64,000 nucleotides of DNA, taken from the NCBI GenBank assembly GCA_031268655.1, contig JAIRWX010000021.1, positions 4,303-68,302 of the forward strand, written 5' to 3'. The DNA is from Helicobacteraceae bacterium. GTDB lineage: Bacteria; Campylobacterota; Campylobacteria; Campylobacterales; SZUA-545. Shown here piece after piece: positions 1 to 9,561 of the stretch. The translations under genes and the position numbers were made by a program. The notes beneath the pieces are model-generated. The model did no database searches. It saw only the letters and a program-made list of their open reading frames with translations, and had not been told where the DNA came from. The first letter of the stretch is position 1; every line of letters begins with the position of its first letter.

Positions 1-37
1 CAAAAGGCGCGGCGGTTTTGATTAGCGCGAGGCATCT

Positions 38-1513
38 GTGTATGGAGATGAGAGGCGTGCAAAAACAGGGCGCGGTTACCACCACCTCCGCTTTGCGCGG
101 CATATTTCTGAAAGATATAAGAGCGCGCGAGGAGTTTACGAGTCTGGCTGGAATGTCGCTAAAGGATCGATTCTGAAAGCGTCGCTCGCTCGCGTCCGCG
201 CCAGAATAAAAACCGCGCCGCTTGGCGCGCCTTTTGGAAGAGCGCTCAAAATTGCCTCCACGCATATTGTCGGCTCCGGACTCAAAGTCGGAATCGGCGA
301 TATGGTGCGCGTGGAAGGCGGCGGTTACAACTGCCCCGTGCTTGGAATGATCACCGCGATCGACGAAGAGGGATTTATAATAACGCCGTTTGGCTTCGTC
401 GAGGGGCTGAAAACGGGCGACGCGATATACAAAGAAGAACAGGGCATGGGAATCGGCGTGAGCAAAGCGATGCTGGGACGGGCGCTAAATCCGTTCGGCG
501 CGCCGATCGACGGCGGAAAAGAGATCGCGTTTAGCGAATGGCGACCGATGCTGCGTCCCCCGATCGCGCCGATGAAACGCGAGCCAATCCGCGAAGTGCT
601 GGCGACGGGCGTACGGGCGATCGACTCCTTTTTAACGACCGGTAAAGGACAAAAGACGGGCATTTTTGCGGGATCGGGCGTGGGTAAATCTACTTTGATG
701 GGTTTGCTGGCGCGAGGAAGCTCGGCGCAGATTAAAGTGATCGCGTTGATCGGCGAGCGCGGTCGGGAGATCCCGGAGTTTATCGAAGAATCGCTAGGCG
801 GCGATCTGACAAATACCGTGATTGTCGCGGCGACGAGCGACGACAGTCCGCTTATGCGCAAATTCGGCGCGTTCGCCGCTATGAGCGCCGCGGAGTATTT
901 CAAAGATCAGGGCTACGACGTGCTGTTTATGATGGACAGCGTTACGCGCTTTGCGATGGCGCAAAGAGAGATCGGCTTGGCGCTCGGCGAGCCGCCCACC
1001 AGCAAGGGCTATCCCCCAAGCGTTTTCAGTATCCTGCCGCAACTGATGGAGCGCGCGGGAAACGAAAAAGGCAAAGGAAGCGTTACGGCGTTTTTCACCG
1101 TGCTTGTCGAAGGCGACGATATGAGCGATCCCATAGCCGATCAGGCGCGTTCTATTTTAGACGGGCATATCGTCTTGAACCGCCGTTTGAGCGATCAGGG
1201 CTTGTATCCTCCGATCGATATTCTCTCCTCCGCTTCGCGCCTGATGTACAATCTGATTAACGACGATCATAAAGACGCGGCTAGGTCTGCCAGACGAATT
1301 CTGTCGCTGCTGCGCGATAACGAAACTCTGGTCAGGATAGGCGCTTATACGCCCGGAAACGACAAAGAGCTGGATAACGCTTTGAAAATTAAGCCTTTTT
1401 TGGAACAATTTACATCTCAGGACAAGCCCGACAAAAAGGCGTTTAACGATCTGGTCGCCGAAATGTCGGCGATCGTTTGTCCGGAAAAACAGAAAGGGAG
1501 CGTAAAAAAATGA
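38..1513 (+). CDS. fliI: Flagellar export ATPase FliI (T3SS/F1-type ATPase)
   Basis: 491-aa ORF with Walker A GSGVGKST, a Walker B region [12 protein letters not shown], and the conserved ATPase core. The start is uncertain: GTG at 38, or an in-frame CTG at 173 placed 6 nt after AAAGGA. Confidence 0.9.
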   Translation: MYGDERRAKTGRGYHHLRFARHISERYKSARGVYESGWNVAKGSILKASLARVRARIKTAPLGAPFGRALKIASTHIVGSGLKVGIGDMVRVEGGGYNCPVLGMITAIDEEGFIITPFGFVEGLKTGDAIYKEEQGMGIGVSKAMLGRALNPFGAPIDGGKEIAFSEWRPMLRPPIAPMKREPIREVLATGVRAIDSFLTTGKGQKTGIFAGSGVGKSTLMGLLARGSSAQIKVIALIGERGREIPEFIEESLGGDLTNTVIVAATSDDSPLMRKFGAFAAMSAAEYFKDQGYDVLFMMDSVTRFAMAQREIGLALGEPPTSKGYPPSVFSILPQLMERAGNEKGKGSVTAFFTVLVEGDDMSDPIADQARSILDGHIVLNRRLSDQGLYPPIDILSSASRLMYNLINDDHKDAARSARRILSLLRDNETLVRIGAYTPGNDKELDNALKIKPFLEQFTSQDKPDKKAFNDLVAEMSAIVCPEKQKGSVKK

Positions 1514-2049
1514 ACAAAAAAGCGCTGATGCCGCTTGCCAACGGATTTGAAGAGATTGAGGCGATCACTATTATAGATATTTTGCGCAGAGCGGGCGTGG
1601 AGGTTGAAATCGCCGGACTTGGGCGATACGAGGTGCTGGGCGCGCACAGCATAGCCGTAGGCGCGGAAACGACGATAGAGGACGCCGAGGGCGACGATTT
1701 CGATCTGATCGTTCTTGCCGGCGGACACGAAAACGCGATGAGTTTGTCTTCCGACGCGGCGACGCAGCGAACGCTTCGCAAAATGCGCGATAAAGGCAAG
1801 CTGATCGCCGCTATATGCGCCGCGCCGATCGCGTTGGCGCAGGCGGGCGTTATTTCAGGCGATTTTACCTGCTTTGACGGCTACGAAGGAGGCATCGAAG
1901 GCTCCTACAAGCGCGAAAGAGTGGTTGAAAGCGGCAATCTAATCACGTCGCAAGGTCCCGGAACAGCCGCCGATTTCGCCTTCGCGCTGGTTACAAGATT
2001 GCAAGGCGAGGAGATGACCGCGCAACTGAAGCGAGCTATGTATTTCTGA
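1510..2049 (+). CDS. DJ-1/PfpI (ThiJ) family protein
   Basis: [19 protein letters not shown]-terminus and an AAICAAP nucleophile-elbow cysteine. The ATG overlaps the fliI stop (ATGA at 1510-1513). Confidence 0.8.
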   Translation: MNKKALMPLANGFEEIEAITIIDILRRAGVEVEIAGLGRYEVLGAHSIAVGAETTIEDAEGDDFDLIVLAGGHENAMSLSSDAATQRTLRKMRDKGKLIAAICAAPIALAQAGVISGDFTCFDGYEGGIEGSYKRERVVESGNLITSQGPGTAADFAFALVTRLQGEEMTAQLKRAMYF

Positions 2050-2124
2050 ACGGTCGATCGCGTCGCCTTAAACGCTAAAAACGCGGCTTTGAGGCGAAGG
2101 TCAGCGCGCATATAAGTTTTTTTC

Positions 2125-2130
2125 TATAAT
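2125..2130 (+). promoter_or_regulatory. Candidate -10 box TATAAT upstream of the cytochrome c gene
   Basis: tttcTATAATaat lies 41 nt upstream of the ATG at 2171. A GAGGGGG Shine-Dalgarno sits at about 2155-2161. Confidence 0.35.
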
Positions 2131-2170
2131 AATGCCGATTACAAAATTAGAGTTAGAGGGGGTTTCTTAA

Positions 2171-2665
2171 ATGAAACAAAAAAAAATGACGATGCGGGCG
2201 GCTTCGTTCGCAATCTCTGTTGCGATCGTCGCCGCGATAAGCGGCGGATGTGAAGACAAGACCGCCTCGCAAAGCTCGGCTGGGCAAGCGGCTGCTCAGC
2301 GATCAGCCGCAGCCGCGCCCGCAACGCCCGCGCCGACGCAAAGTCAGCCCGCCGCCGCAGCCGCGCCCGTAGCGACCGCGCCGACGCCGACGCCCGCCGC
2401 CGCGGTCGCGCCAAAGCAAAAAGACGGACCCGCGCTCTTTAGATCGTGCGTGGCGTGTCATGGTCCCAAAGCCGATAAGCAGGGTATGAACAAAGGTCGC
2501 CCGCCGTCTACGATGACCAAAGACGAGATCGTTACCGCGCTTAAAAGCTACAAAGCGGGCACCAACAACGCGTACGGTACGGGCGCGCTGATGAAGGGCA
2601 ATATGTCCCCGTTCAGCGAGCAAGACATTGAAACGGTCGCCGCGCATATTAAAACGCTCAAATAG
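2171..2665 (+). CDS. Class I c-type cytochrome (c553-like) lipoprotein with Ala/Pro-rich linker
   Basis: Signal peptide plus lipobox ISGGC, about 60 aa of A/P/T/Q low-complexity linker, and a single CVACH heme motif. The C-terminal domain resembles small soluble cytochromes c. Confidence 0.75.
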   Translation: MKQKKMTMRAASFAISVAIVAAISGGCEDKTASQSSAGQAAAQRSAAAAPATPAPTQSQPAAAAAPVATAPTPTPAAAVAPKQKDGPALFRSCVACHGPKADKQGMNKGRPPSTMTKDEIVTALKSYKAGTNNAYGTGALMKGNMSPFSEQDIETVAAHIKTLK

Positions 2666-2847
2666 TTTGTCCGCTAAACCGCCGTCCTTTTTAAGGCGGC
2701 GGCTTGCCATAAACAATATGCCGTTGATCGCGCTTATTGCTCAAGACGCTCGTATTCAAAAAAACAATAAAGCCGCGTTCTTTTTTTCGCCCTTTGCGTT
2801 TGACGTCGTCAAGGCGCGTTTGCGTCCAAAATTAGGGGCTTTTCGGC

Positions 2848-2853
2848 TATAAT
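2848..2853 (+). promoter_or_regulatory. Candidate -10 box TATAAT upstream of ilvB
   Basis: cggcTATAATcc lies 36 nt upstream of the ATG at 2889. The upstream region is T-rich. Confidence 0.4.
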
Positions 2854-2888
2854 CCGCGATTTTAGCTTTATAGACAAAAAGGTTGGTA

Positions 2889-4580
2889 ATGGAGTTAAGC
2901 GGTTCGCAAATGGTTGTGGAGGCTTTGTGCGCGGAGAATGTGAAGACGGTTTTCGGATACCCGGGCGGCGCGGTGCTGAACATATACGACGCGCTATATA
3001 AGCAAAAGTATTTCGAACATATTTTAACCCGCCACGAACAGGCGGCTGTACACGCCGCGGACGGCTACGCGAGGGCGAGCGGCAAAGTCGGCGTCGCGAT
3101 CGTAACGAGCGGACCCGGATTTACCAACGCGGTAACGGGCATCGCCACGGCGCATACAGATTCGATTCCGCTTGTAATCATAAGCGGACAGGTGGCGCGC
3201 GGACTAATAGGTACGGACGCTTTTCAAGAGATTGACGCGGTGGGAATCAGCCGCCCTTGTACCAAGCATAACTTTCTCGTTGAAAGCGTCGCGGAATTAC
3301 CGTTAATCTTAAAAGAGGCTTTTTACATAGCGCGAAGCGGCAGACCGGGTCCCGTTCACGTGGATATTCCGAAAGATATTACCGCCGAGATCGGCGCGTT
3401 TCGCTATCCGAACGAAATATCGATGAAAACTTACAAGCCGACGAAAAAGGGCAATCCGCGCCAGATTCAGAAAGCGGCGCAGGCGATCAGGGAATCTGAA
3501 CAGCCGGTGTTTTACGCGGGCGGCGGCGTTATGCTCTCAAACGCGATAAAAGAAACGAGAAGGCTGATCGCTCTGACCGAAATTCCGCTGGTTGAAACTT
3601 TGATGGCGCGCGGCACGCTTCCGTTTAACCACCCAAGCCTGCTCGGTATGGTCGGCATGCACGGTTCTTACGCGGCAAATATGGCGATGAGCGAAGCCGA
3701 TCTATTGATCGCGCTCGGCGCTAGATTTGACGATCGCGTTACGGGCAGACTCGGCGAGTTTGCAAAACACGCGAAAATTATCCATATCGACGTCGATCCG
3801 TCAAGCATCGGCAAGATCGTGGAGGCGGATTATCCGATCGTGGGCGATCTCCAAATAGTGTTGGAAGAGCTTTATTCGCAACTATCGGACGGATTTGATA
3901 AAGAGCGGTTAAACGATTGGCGATCGCGCCTTAACAACTACGGCGCAATTCACCCGCTTGAGTACGACGGCGAAGGCGACGCGATCAAACCGCAGTGGAT
4001 CGTCGAGGAGGTTGGCAAACTGTTAGGCTCGCAAGCCATAATAACCACTGACGTAGGTCAACATCAGATGTGGGCGGCGCAGTTCTATCCGTTTGACGGC
4101 GCAAACAAATGGATCACCAGCGGCGGGCTTGGGACTATGGGATACGGCTTTCCGGCGGCGATCGGCGCGAAAAAGGCAAAGCCCGACAGCGTTGTGATCA
4201 ACTTCACGGGCGATGGATCGTTTTTGATGAACATTCAAGAGCTGATGACCGCCTCAGCAAACCATATAGCGGTGATCAATATCGTTCTTAACAACGGCGT
4301 CCTTGGCATGGTGCGTCAATGGCAAACCTTTTTTTACGAAAACCGTCTTTCGCACACCGATCTCAGCGCGCAACCGGATTTTGTAAAACTCGCCGAAGCC
4401 TTTGGCGCTTTCGGAGCGCGAATCTCAAAAAAAGAGGAGTTTGTAAGCGCGCTCAAGGCGGCGATCGATAGCGGAAAAACGGCGATTTTGGACGTGGCGA
4501 TCAGTAGCGAGGAAAACGTCCTGCCAATGGTGCCGACCGGCGGCAGTCTGTACAATATGATTTTAGACTACAAGGAGTAA
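2889..4580 (+). CDS. ilvB: Acetolactate synthase large subunit
   Basis: TPP-enzyme architecture with GYPGGAVLNIYDAL at the N-terminus and the TPP-binding motif GDGSFLMNIQEL. The small-subunit gene follows directly. The ATG at 2889 is preferred over the TTG at 2883. Confidence 0.9.
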   Translation: MELSGSQMVVEALCAENVKTVFGYPGGAVLNIYDALYKQKYFEHILTRHEQAAVHAADGYARASGKVGVAIVTSGPGFTNAVTGIATAHTDSIPLVIISGQVARGLIGTDAFQEIDAVGISRPCTKHNFLVESVAELPLILKEAFYIARSGRPGPVHVDIPKDITAEIGAFRYPNEISMKTYKPTKKGNPRQIQKAAQAIRESEQPVFYAGGGVMLSNAIKETRRLIALTEIPLVETLMARGTLPFNHPSLLGMVGMHGSYAANMAMSEADLLIALGARFDDRVTGRLGEFAKHAKIIHIDVDPSSIGKIVEADYPIVGDLQIVLEELYSQLSDGFDKERLNDWRSRLNNYGAIHPLEYDGEGDAIKPQWIVEEVGKLLGSQAIITTDVGQHQMWAAQFYPFDGANKWITSGGLGTMGYGFPAAIGAKKAKPDSVVINFTGDGSFLMNIQELMTASANHIAVINIVLNNGVLGMVRQWQTFFYENRLSHTDLSAQPDFVKLAEAFGAFGARISKKEEFVSALKAAIDSGKTAILDVAISSEENVLPMVPTGGSLYNMILDYKE

Positions 4581-4584
4581 CCCA

Positions 4585-5061
4585 ATGCAAAACGAAAGAA
4601 GGGCGATCTCCGTAGTAGCGCTGAACGAACACGGCGTTTTATCGCGGGTTAGCGGATTATTCGCGGGGCGGGGCTATAACATCGAAAGTCTTACGGTCGC
4701 GCCGATACCAAACAGCGAATACTCGCATATCAGCATCGTTACAATCGGCAACGCCAAAGTTTTGGAGCAGATCGTAAAGCAGCTGCATAAGTTGATTCCC
4801 GTTTTGAAGGTTATCGATCACGAAAAAGATAAAACCATAGAGAAAGAGATGGCGCTGGCGAAATTTCCGATCGCCGAATCGTTAAGCGACATCGACGCGC
4901 TATGTCGCGCCTACAACGGCAAAATCGCCAACGTGGGCGACGATTTTATCGTGGCGATGGTCGCGGACGAACCCGAGCGCGTCGGCAATTTTCTTAAAGC
5001 GATCAAAAAATACAACCCCAAAGAGATCGTGCGCAGCGGCGTGGTAGCTATGGAGCGATAG
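4585..5061 (+). CDS. ilvH: Acetolactate synthase small (regulatory) subunit
   Basis: ACT domain ISVVALNEHGVLSRVSGLFAGRGYNIESLTV. The gene lies 4 nt after ilvB. Confidence 0.85.
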   Translation: MQNERRAISVVALNEHGVLSRVSGLFAGRGYNIESLTVAPIPNSEYSHISIVTIGNAKVLEQIVKQLHKLIPVLKVIDHEKDKTIEKEMALAKFPIAESLSDIDALCRAYNGKIANVGDDFIVAMVADEPERVGNFLKAIKKYNPKEIVRSGVVAMER

Positions 5062-5136
5062 CCTCGGCGCTCGCGCAAAAACTGCGCTAGAATAAGCGGC
5101 TTGGTTTCAACAACATTATCGATTAAAGGTATTGGC

Positions 5137-6108
5137 ATGTTGCTTTCAGAAATCGCGGATGCGCTAGGCTTGACGCTTGACGCTACAGATCGAGAGATTC
5201 GCCGAATAAATACGTTGGAGCTGGCGGGAGAAGATACCATCTCGTTTATGGGATCGGATCGCGATCTGAAATTCCTGCCGAGCTCAAAAGCGGCGGCGAT
5301 CGTTTTGCGCGCAGAATATCAAAAGCTGGCGCCGATTAGCGCCGCGGCGATTGTCAGCGATAATCCTCATCTGTCTTTCGCGCGCGCCACCGCTTTTTTC
5401 GCGCCGCCGTTAATAAAACATAGCGGCAAAAAGGCGGCGATCGGCAAAGAGTGCGATATTAGCGACAGGGCGTATATCGGGTACGATTCGGTAATAGGTA
5501 GAAACTGCCTGATTATGGCTGGCGCGTATATTGGCGACGACGTTACCATTGGCGACGATACCACCATATACCCAAACGTTACGATCTACAACCGCTCTAA
5601 GATCGGTTCTCGCGTCCGTATTCACGCCGGAGCGGTAATAGGGGGAGACGGTTTTGGTTACTCGCAAACCAAAGAGCTGACGCATACGAAAGTTCGCCAT
5701 TTGGGACGCGTCATAATAGAGGACGACGTAGAGATAGGCGCAAACAGCACAATTGATCGCGCCGTACTCAGCGCGACTATCATCAGGCGCGGAACTAAAA
5801 TCGACAATCTCGTGCACGTCGCGCACAACTGCGAAATAGGAGAGCACTCGCTGATTACCGCGCAGGTCGTTTTCGCCGGCAGCGTCAAAACGGGGCGCAA
5901 CCTCGTCGTGGGCGGACATACGGGATTTAACGGACATATCGATATAGCGCCCTATGTAACTATCGCCGCAAAAAGCGGCGTAACCAAAAGTATCAAAAAA
6001 AGCGGCGTGTACGCAGGTTTTCCCGCTATTGAACATCACGAATGGCTTAAGCGGCAGGTTACGTTGGCAAAACTGCTAAGGAACGCGAAGCGAGAGCGCC
6101 AATCGTAG
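5137..6108 (+). CDS. lpxD: UDP-3-O-acylglucosamine N-acyltransferase
   Basis: N-terminal LpxD-type domain ([12 protein letters not shown]) followed by long left-handed beta-helix hexapeptide repeats. Confidence 0.85.
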   Translation: MLLSEIADALGLTLDATDREIRRINTLELAGEDTISFMGSDRDLKFLPSSKAAAIVLRAEYQKLAPISAAAIVSDNPHLSFARATAFFAPPLIKHSGKKAAIGKECDISDRAYIGYDSVIGRNCLIMAGAYIGDDVTIGDDTTIYPNVTIYNRSKIGSRVRIHAGAVIGGDGFGYSQTKELTHTKVRHLGRVIIEDDVEIGANSTIDRAVLSATIIRRGTKIDNLVHVAHNCEIGEHSLITAQVVFAGSVKTGRNLVVGGHTGFNGHIDIAPYVTIAAKSGVTKSIKKSGVYAGFPAIEHHEWLKRQVTLAKLLRNAKRERQS

Positions 6109-6308
6109 TAGCGGCGCGATCGTAAACGCAAAGCCGACGACAGTTTTTCGCGGCGGCAAAGCTGCGATCTATGCTCTCTGCCGCGCCAGATCCGATCGCC
6201 GATTCAAGCCTCTTAGCGCGCCTTGTAAACCAAAGTCCGATCGGACTGCAAGACGCTTTGAGAGGCGAAAAAACAACCGCCGCAAAATGAAAATACAAAG
6301 CCCGTTTT

Positions 6309-6324
6309 TGCTACATTGCTACAT
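6309..6324 (+). promoter_or_regulatory. Tandem extended -10-like boxes TGCTACAT TGCTACAT
   Basis: Two abutting copies end 5 nt before the ATG at 6330, with no Shine-Dalgarno between them and the ATG. The motif resembles the recurring TGCTACAAT box in this window. Confidence 0.3.
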
Positions 6325-6329
6325 CTGTT

Positions 6330-7487
6330 ATGAAAAATCCTCATCTACTGCGCGTAAAAATTGCGCTATGGCTGCTCGCGGCGCTAACTATGCTTTCAGG
6401 CACGGCGATCGCCGCGTCGTTGCCGGGCATTTCGGCGCATTTCGTCCAAGCGGGCGAAAACGAGATTCTCTCTCGCCTGATTCTCACCATTCCCGCGCTT
6501 ACGGTCGCCGTCGTCGCGCCGATCTCCGGCTGGATAATCCACCATTTCGGGCGACTTAAACCCGTCTATTTCGCGCTTGCGCTATACGCTTTTGCGGGCT
6601 GTTCCGGACTATTTGCCGAATCGATCGTCTCGCTGTTGATCGGGCGCGTGGGGCTTGGCGCGGCGGCGGCGATCCTGATGACCGCAAGCACGACGCTGAT
6701 TGGCGATTACTACGAGGGCGAAGAGCGCAATCGGTTTTTAAGCATGCAGGGCACGTTCGTAACTTTGGGCGGCGTGTTTTTCCTAAGCGGCGGCGGACTG
6801 CTCGCCGATTATAGCTGGCGCGCTCCGTTTGGCGTGTACATCGTCGCGATCGCTTTTATTCCGCTCGCGGCGCTCGCGCTTTTCGAACCTAAGGCGCACG
6901 ACGGCGCGCAAGACGCTTCGCTGTTTGGCAAAGGCGGCTACTTCGACGCTCTGCCCGTTTTCGCCGTAGCGTTCTTTACGATGGCGATCTTTTTTATCGT
7001 GCCGACCCAGTTGCCGTTTGTGGTGATGGACTATATGGGCGGCAGCGGCAAAGAGGCGGGATTCGTTATGGGTATAGGACCTTTTTTCGCCGCGATCGGC
7101 GCGTATAGCTACGCCGCCTTGCGCCGCCGCTTTTCGATCGGAACGCTATACGTCGCCATCTGCTGCTTGCAAGGCGTCGGACTTTGCGTCGTCGGATTTG
7201 CAAGCGAGGTATGGCAGCTATACGCGCCGTTCGTGCTGGTCGGGCTGGGCAGCGGAATTGCGATGGCAAACGCGAACGCGTGGTTTCTAGAACTTGCCGC
7301 GCCGCGAAAACGCGCCAAACTTTCGGGCATTTTAGCGGGCAGTTTCTTTTTGGGGCAGTTCTGCTCGCCGCTGTTTGTGCACCCATTTTTGAATTTTATG
7401 CCGCTTCACAGCGTTTTCAGTCTCTTTGGAGGTTTCTTGCTGGCGGCAGGCGTAATCCTGCTATGCGCGATCAAAACTCAAAAGTAG
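6330..7487 (+). CDS. MFS transporter
   Basis: 385 aa with about 12 predicted hydrophobic helices and typical MFS loop motifs (GRLKP after TM2). Confidence 0.75.
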   Translation: MKNPHLLRVKIALWLLAALTMLSGTAIAASLPGISAHFVQAGENEILSRLILTIPALTVAVVAPISGWIIHHFGRLKPVYFALALYAFAGCSGLFAESIVSLLIGRVGLGAAAAILMTASTTLIGDYYEGEERNRFLSMQGTFVTLGGVFFLSGGGLLADYSWRAPFGVYIVAIAFIPLAALALFEPKAHDGAQDASLFGKGGYFDALPVFAVAFFTMAIFFIVPTQLPFVVMDYMGGSGKEAGFVMGIGPFFAAIGAYSYAALRRRFSIGTLYVAICCLQGVGLCVVGFASEVWQLYAPFVLVGLGSGIAMANANAWFLELAAPRKRAKLSGILAGSFFLGQFCSPLFVHPFLNFMPLHSVFSLFGGFLLAAGVILLCAIKTQK

Positions 7488-8326
7488 GCGCGTAATATTT
7501 CGCTCAAGTTTCCCGACAAGCCGCCCGGAAAATCGGCGATAACTTTTTTCAGCTTGCTCGCTTCGGCGTTCGCGCGATCTCGCGCCGCCTCCAACCCAAA
7601 AAGCGTTACGAAGCCGTTTTTGTTTTCGTCGTTTTGAGTGGGTTTACCCGCCGTAGCCGAATCCTGCGTAGCGTCGATAATATCGTCGCGGATTTGAAAA
7701 TAAAGCCCTAGATTCATGCCAAAATCGTAAAGTCGTTTTGCGAGCGGATCGTCCGCGCCGCCCGCGATAGCGCCCATCTGCAAACTAGCGGCAATCAAAG
7801 CGCCTGTTTTACGGCGATGAATAAACTCGACCTTTTGCGCGTCGAGCTTTCGCCCTTCAAAGCGGCAATCGAGCGCCTGCCCCAAAACCATGCCCGCCGC
7901 GCCTCCGTTTTCGGCTAGGATCGCGATCAGCTTCACCTTCGCCTCGTCGCTTATCGGCGCGTTCGCCAGATGCAAAAAGCTATGCGTGTTCAGCGCGTCG
8001 CCTACCAAAATCGCCGTAACCTCGTCGTACGTTTTATGAAGCGTCGGACGTGAGCGGCGAAAGTCCGCGTCGTCCATCGCGGGCAGATCGTCGTGAATAA
8101 GCGAATAGGCGTGAAAGGTTTCAATCGCAAGCGCGACGCTCATCGCTTTTGGCGCGCTTGTTTCGTCGATTCCCGTCGCCGTCGCCAAAACTAGCGCGGC
8201 GCGAAAACGTTTGCCGCCGGCGAGCAGCATCTCTCCAAGCGCCTTTTCATAGTACGGGTGAAAGCTGGGCGCTTTTGGCAAATGTTCCCGAAGATAGACC
8301 TCAAACGCGCTTAACAGATTGTTCAT
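7478..8326 (-). CDS. ispA: Farnesyl diphosphate synthase (polyprenyl synthetase)
   Basis: First Asp-rich motif DDLPAMDD and second Asp-rich motif RDDIID. Confidence 0.85.
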   Translation of the reverse strand: MNNLLSAFEVYLREHLPKAPSFHPYYEKALGEMLLAGGKRFRAALVLATATGIDETSAPKAMSVALAIETFHAYSLIHDDLPAMDDADFRRSRPTLHKTYDEVTAILVGDALNTHSFLHLANAPISDEAKVKLIAILAENGGAAGMVLGQALDCRFEGRKLDAQKVEFIHRRKTGALIAASLQMGAIAGGADDPLAKRLYDFGMNLGLYFQIRDDIIDATQDSATAGKPTQNDENKNGFVTLFGLEAARDRANAEASKLKKVIADFPGGLSGNLSEILRAYF

Positions 8327-9333
8327 TGCGAATCCGTTTCAATCGTAATAAAAAACTGAAAGTCGTCTCGCTGCATAAGCAGGCGAACCGCGCCTTTGCG
8401 TTCAGATAGAGCCGCCCTAGCCTCTTTTGGCGTTTTGACCGCCTTGCCGCCGATCGCCACAAGCTGATCGCCGACAAGAATCGGCAAGGTTGAGCCGCCG
8501 ATATCTCTAACGAATAGATCGCCGCTAAGATTCCAACCGATATGCTCCATAAAGGTATCCGCTTTCAGAAAGCCGCCCAGGCGCGGGAAAACTTTAGCTT
8601 TTATCGTAATGTCCGCGCCGCCTCGCCGCACCGTTACGTTAGCGTCGTCCGCTGGTATTAGAAAAAGAATTGCGCGCTCAAGCTCCCTTGGCGCCTCAAA
8701 CCTCGCGCCGTTAATCGCTTTGATCTGATCGCCCTCTTGAAACGGATTGTCCTTGATAAAAGGGTTGATATAACGCGCCTTATCGCCTTCCAACCTAAAA
8801 CCGAGATCGCCAAACGGCTCGCCGCTTGCAATAAAGCGCTCCAGAAAATCGCTTTCAATAATCGCGCCAAACATCGAAACGCCAACGACCGAATAGCAAG
8901 GCGCGCTTAACGGCGAACCGCTGACCGATCTATTCGGAACTCGCGCCGGTTTCATACCATGCTGCCGAATCAGCGACGTTACGGGGACGATAACCGCTTC
9001 CGCGTCGCTCATAAGCAGAAGGTTTTTATGCTCGTTTACGCGATCGGCTTTTCTGAAAACGATCGGAACAAGCTCGTGTTTAGCGCGGACAATCGCCATG
9101 CCCGTCATAGGATCGTAGCGCTCCAGACTCCACGTTTTGGGTAGCTTGTCCGCGCCGAGAAGCCCCAAAGGAACAAGCAGCCGCTTCTTATCGATCGCCA
9201 AGCCCGTAAAAGCGCCCTCGCGCGCGAAAGCTAAGCGGTTTTTCTCGGCGCACGGCGCGAACTCGTCTAACGGCGCGGCGCAAGCAAACGCGGCAAGCGT
9301 ACAAACGACAAAAGCCAATCGCGCAAAAGCCAT
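8323..9333 (-). CDS. Periplasmic PDZ-domain protein
   Basis: Signal peptide MAFARLAFVVCTLAAFACA and C-terminal PDZ-like segments (GDQIKAINGA, GDQLVAIGGK). It overlaps the ispA start by 4 nt, as in the Campylobacter ispA neighbourhood. Confidence 0.65.
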   Translation of the reverse strand: MAFARLAFVVCTLAAFACAAPLDEFAPCAEKNRLAFAREGAFTGLAIDKKRLLVPLGLLGADKLPKTWSLERYDPMTGMAIVRAKHELVPIVFRKADRVNEHKNLLLMSDAEAVIVPVTSLIRQHGMKPARVPNRSVSGSPLSAPCYSVVGVSMFGAIIESDFLERFIASGEPFGDLGFRLEGDKARYINPFIKDNPFQEGDQIKAINGARFEAPRELERAILFLIPADDANVTVRRGGADITIKAKVFPRLGGFLKADTFMEHIGWNLSGDLFVRDIGGSTLPILVGDQLVAIGGKAVKTPKEARAALSERKGAVRLLMQRDDFQFFITIETDSQ

Positions 9334-9340
9334 AACGCGA

Positions 9341-9349
9341 ATTGTAGCA
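9341..9349 (-). promoter_or_regulatory. Extended -10 box TGCTACAAT (minus strand)
   Basis: The minus strand reads TGCTACAAT tcgcgtt ATG. The box ends 7 nt before the start codon at 9333, with no Shine-Dalgarno. Confidence 0.3.
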
Positions 9350-9561
9350 AGCGCGCGCTATGCCAAAAACGCGGGGGCAATCGAGCGCGATCTGCGCAAA
9401 TGGGATATTTATCGGCGGCAACGAGTCTGTTTTGCGGTAATTAGCGATCCGCGCCGTAGCGACACGCGCGCCCAGTAAAAGCAAAGCGCGATCGGCAAAA
9501 AATAACAACGTTCGGCGGAGGCGACAGATTTTGATCGTAAGCGCCGCATCTTTTGGCGAGT

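Noticed and set aside
2290-2410. GC-rich quasi-repeat (gccgcagccgcgccc...) considered as a tandem repeat or array.
   Set aside because: It is in frame within the cytochrome c lipoprotein gene and encodes its Ala/Pro-rich linker. It is low-complexity coding sequence, not a stand-alone repeat element.
2679-2702. Hairpin ccgccg-N12-cggcgg after the cytochrome c gene, considered as an intrinsic terminator.
   Set aside because: The stem is short, the loop is 12 nt and there is no downstream T-tract on the plus strand. This is too weak to annotate.
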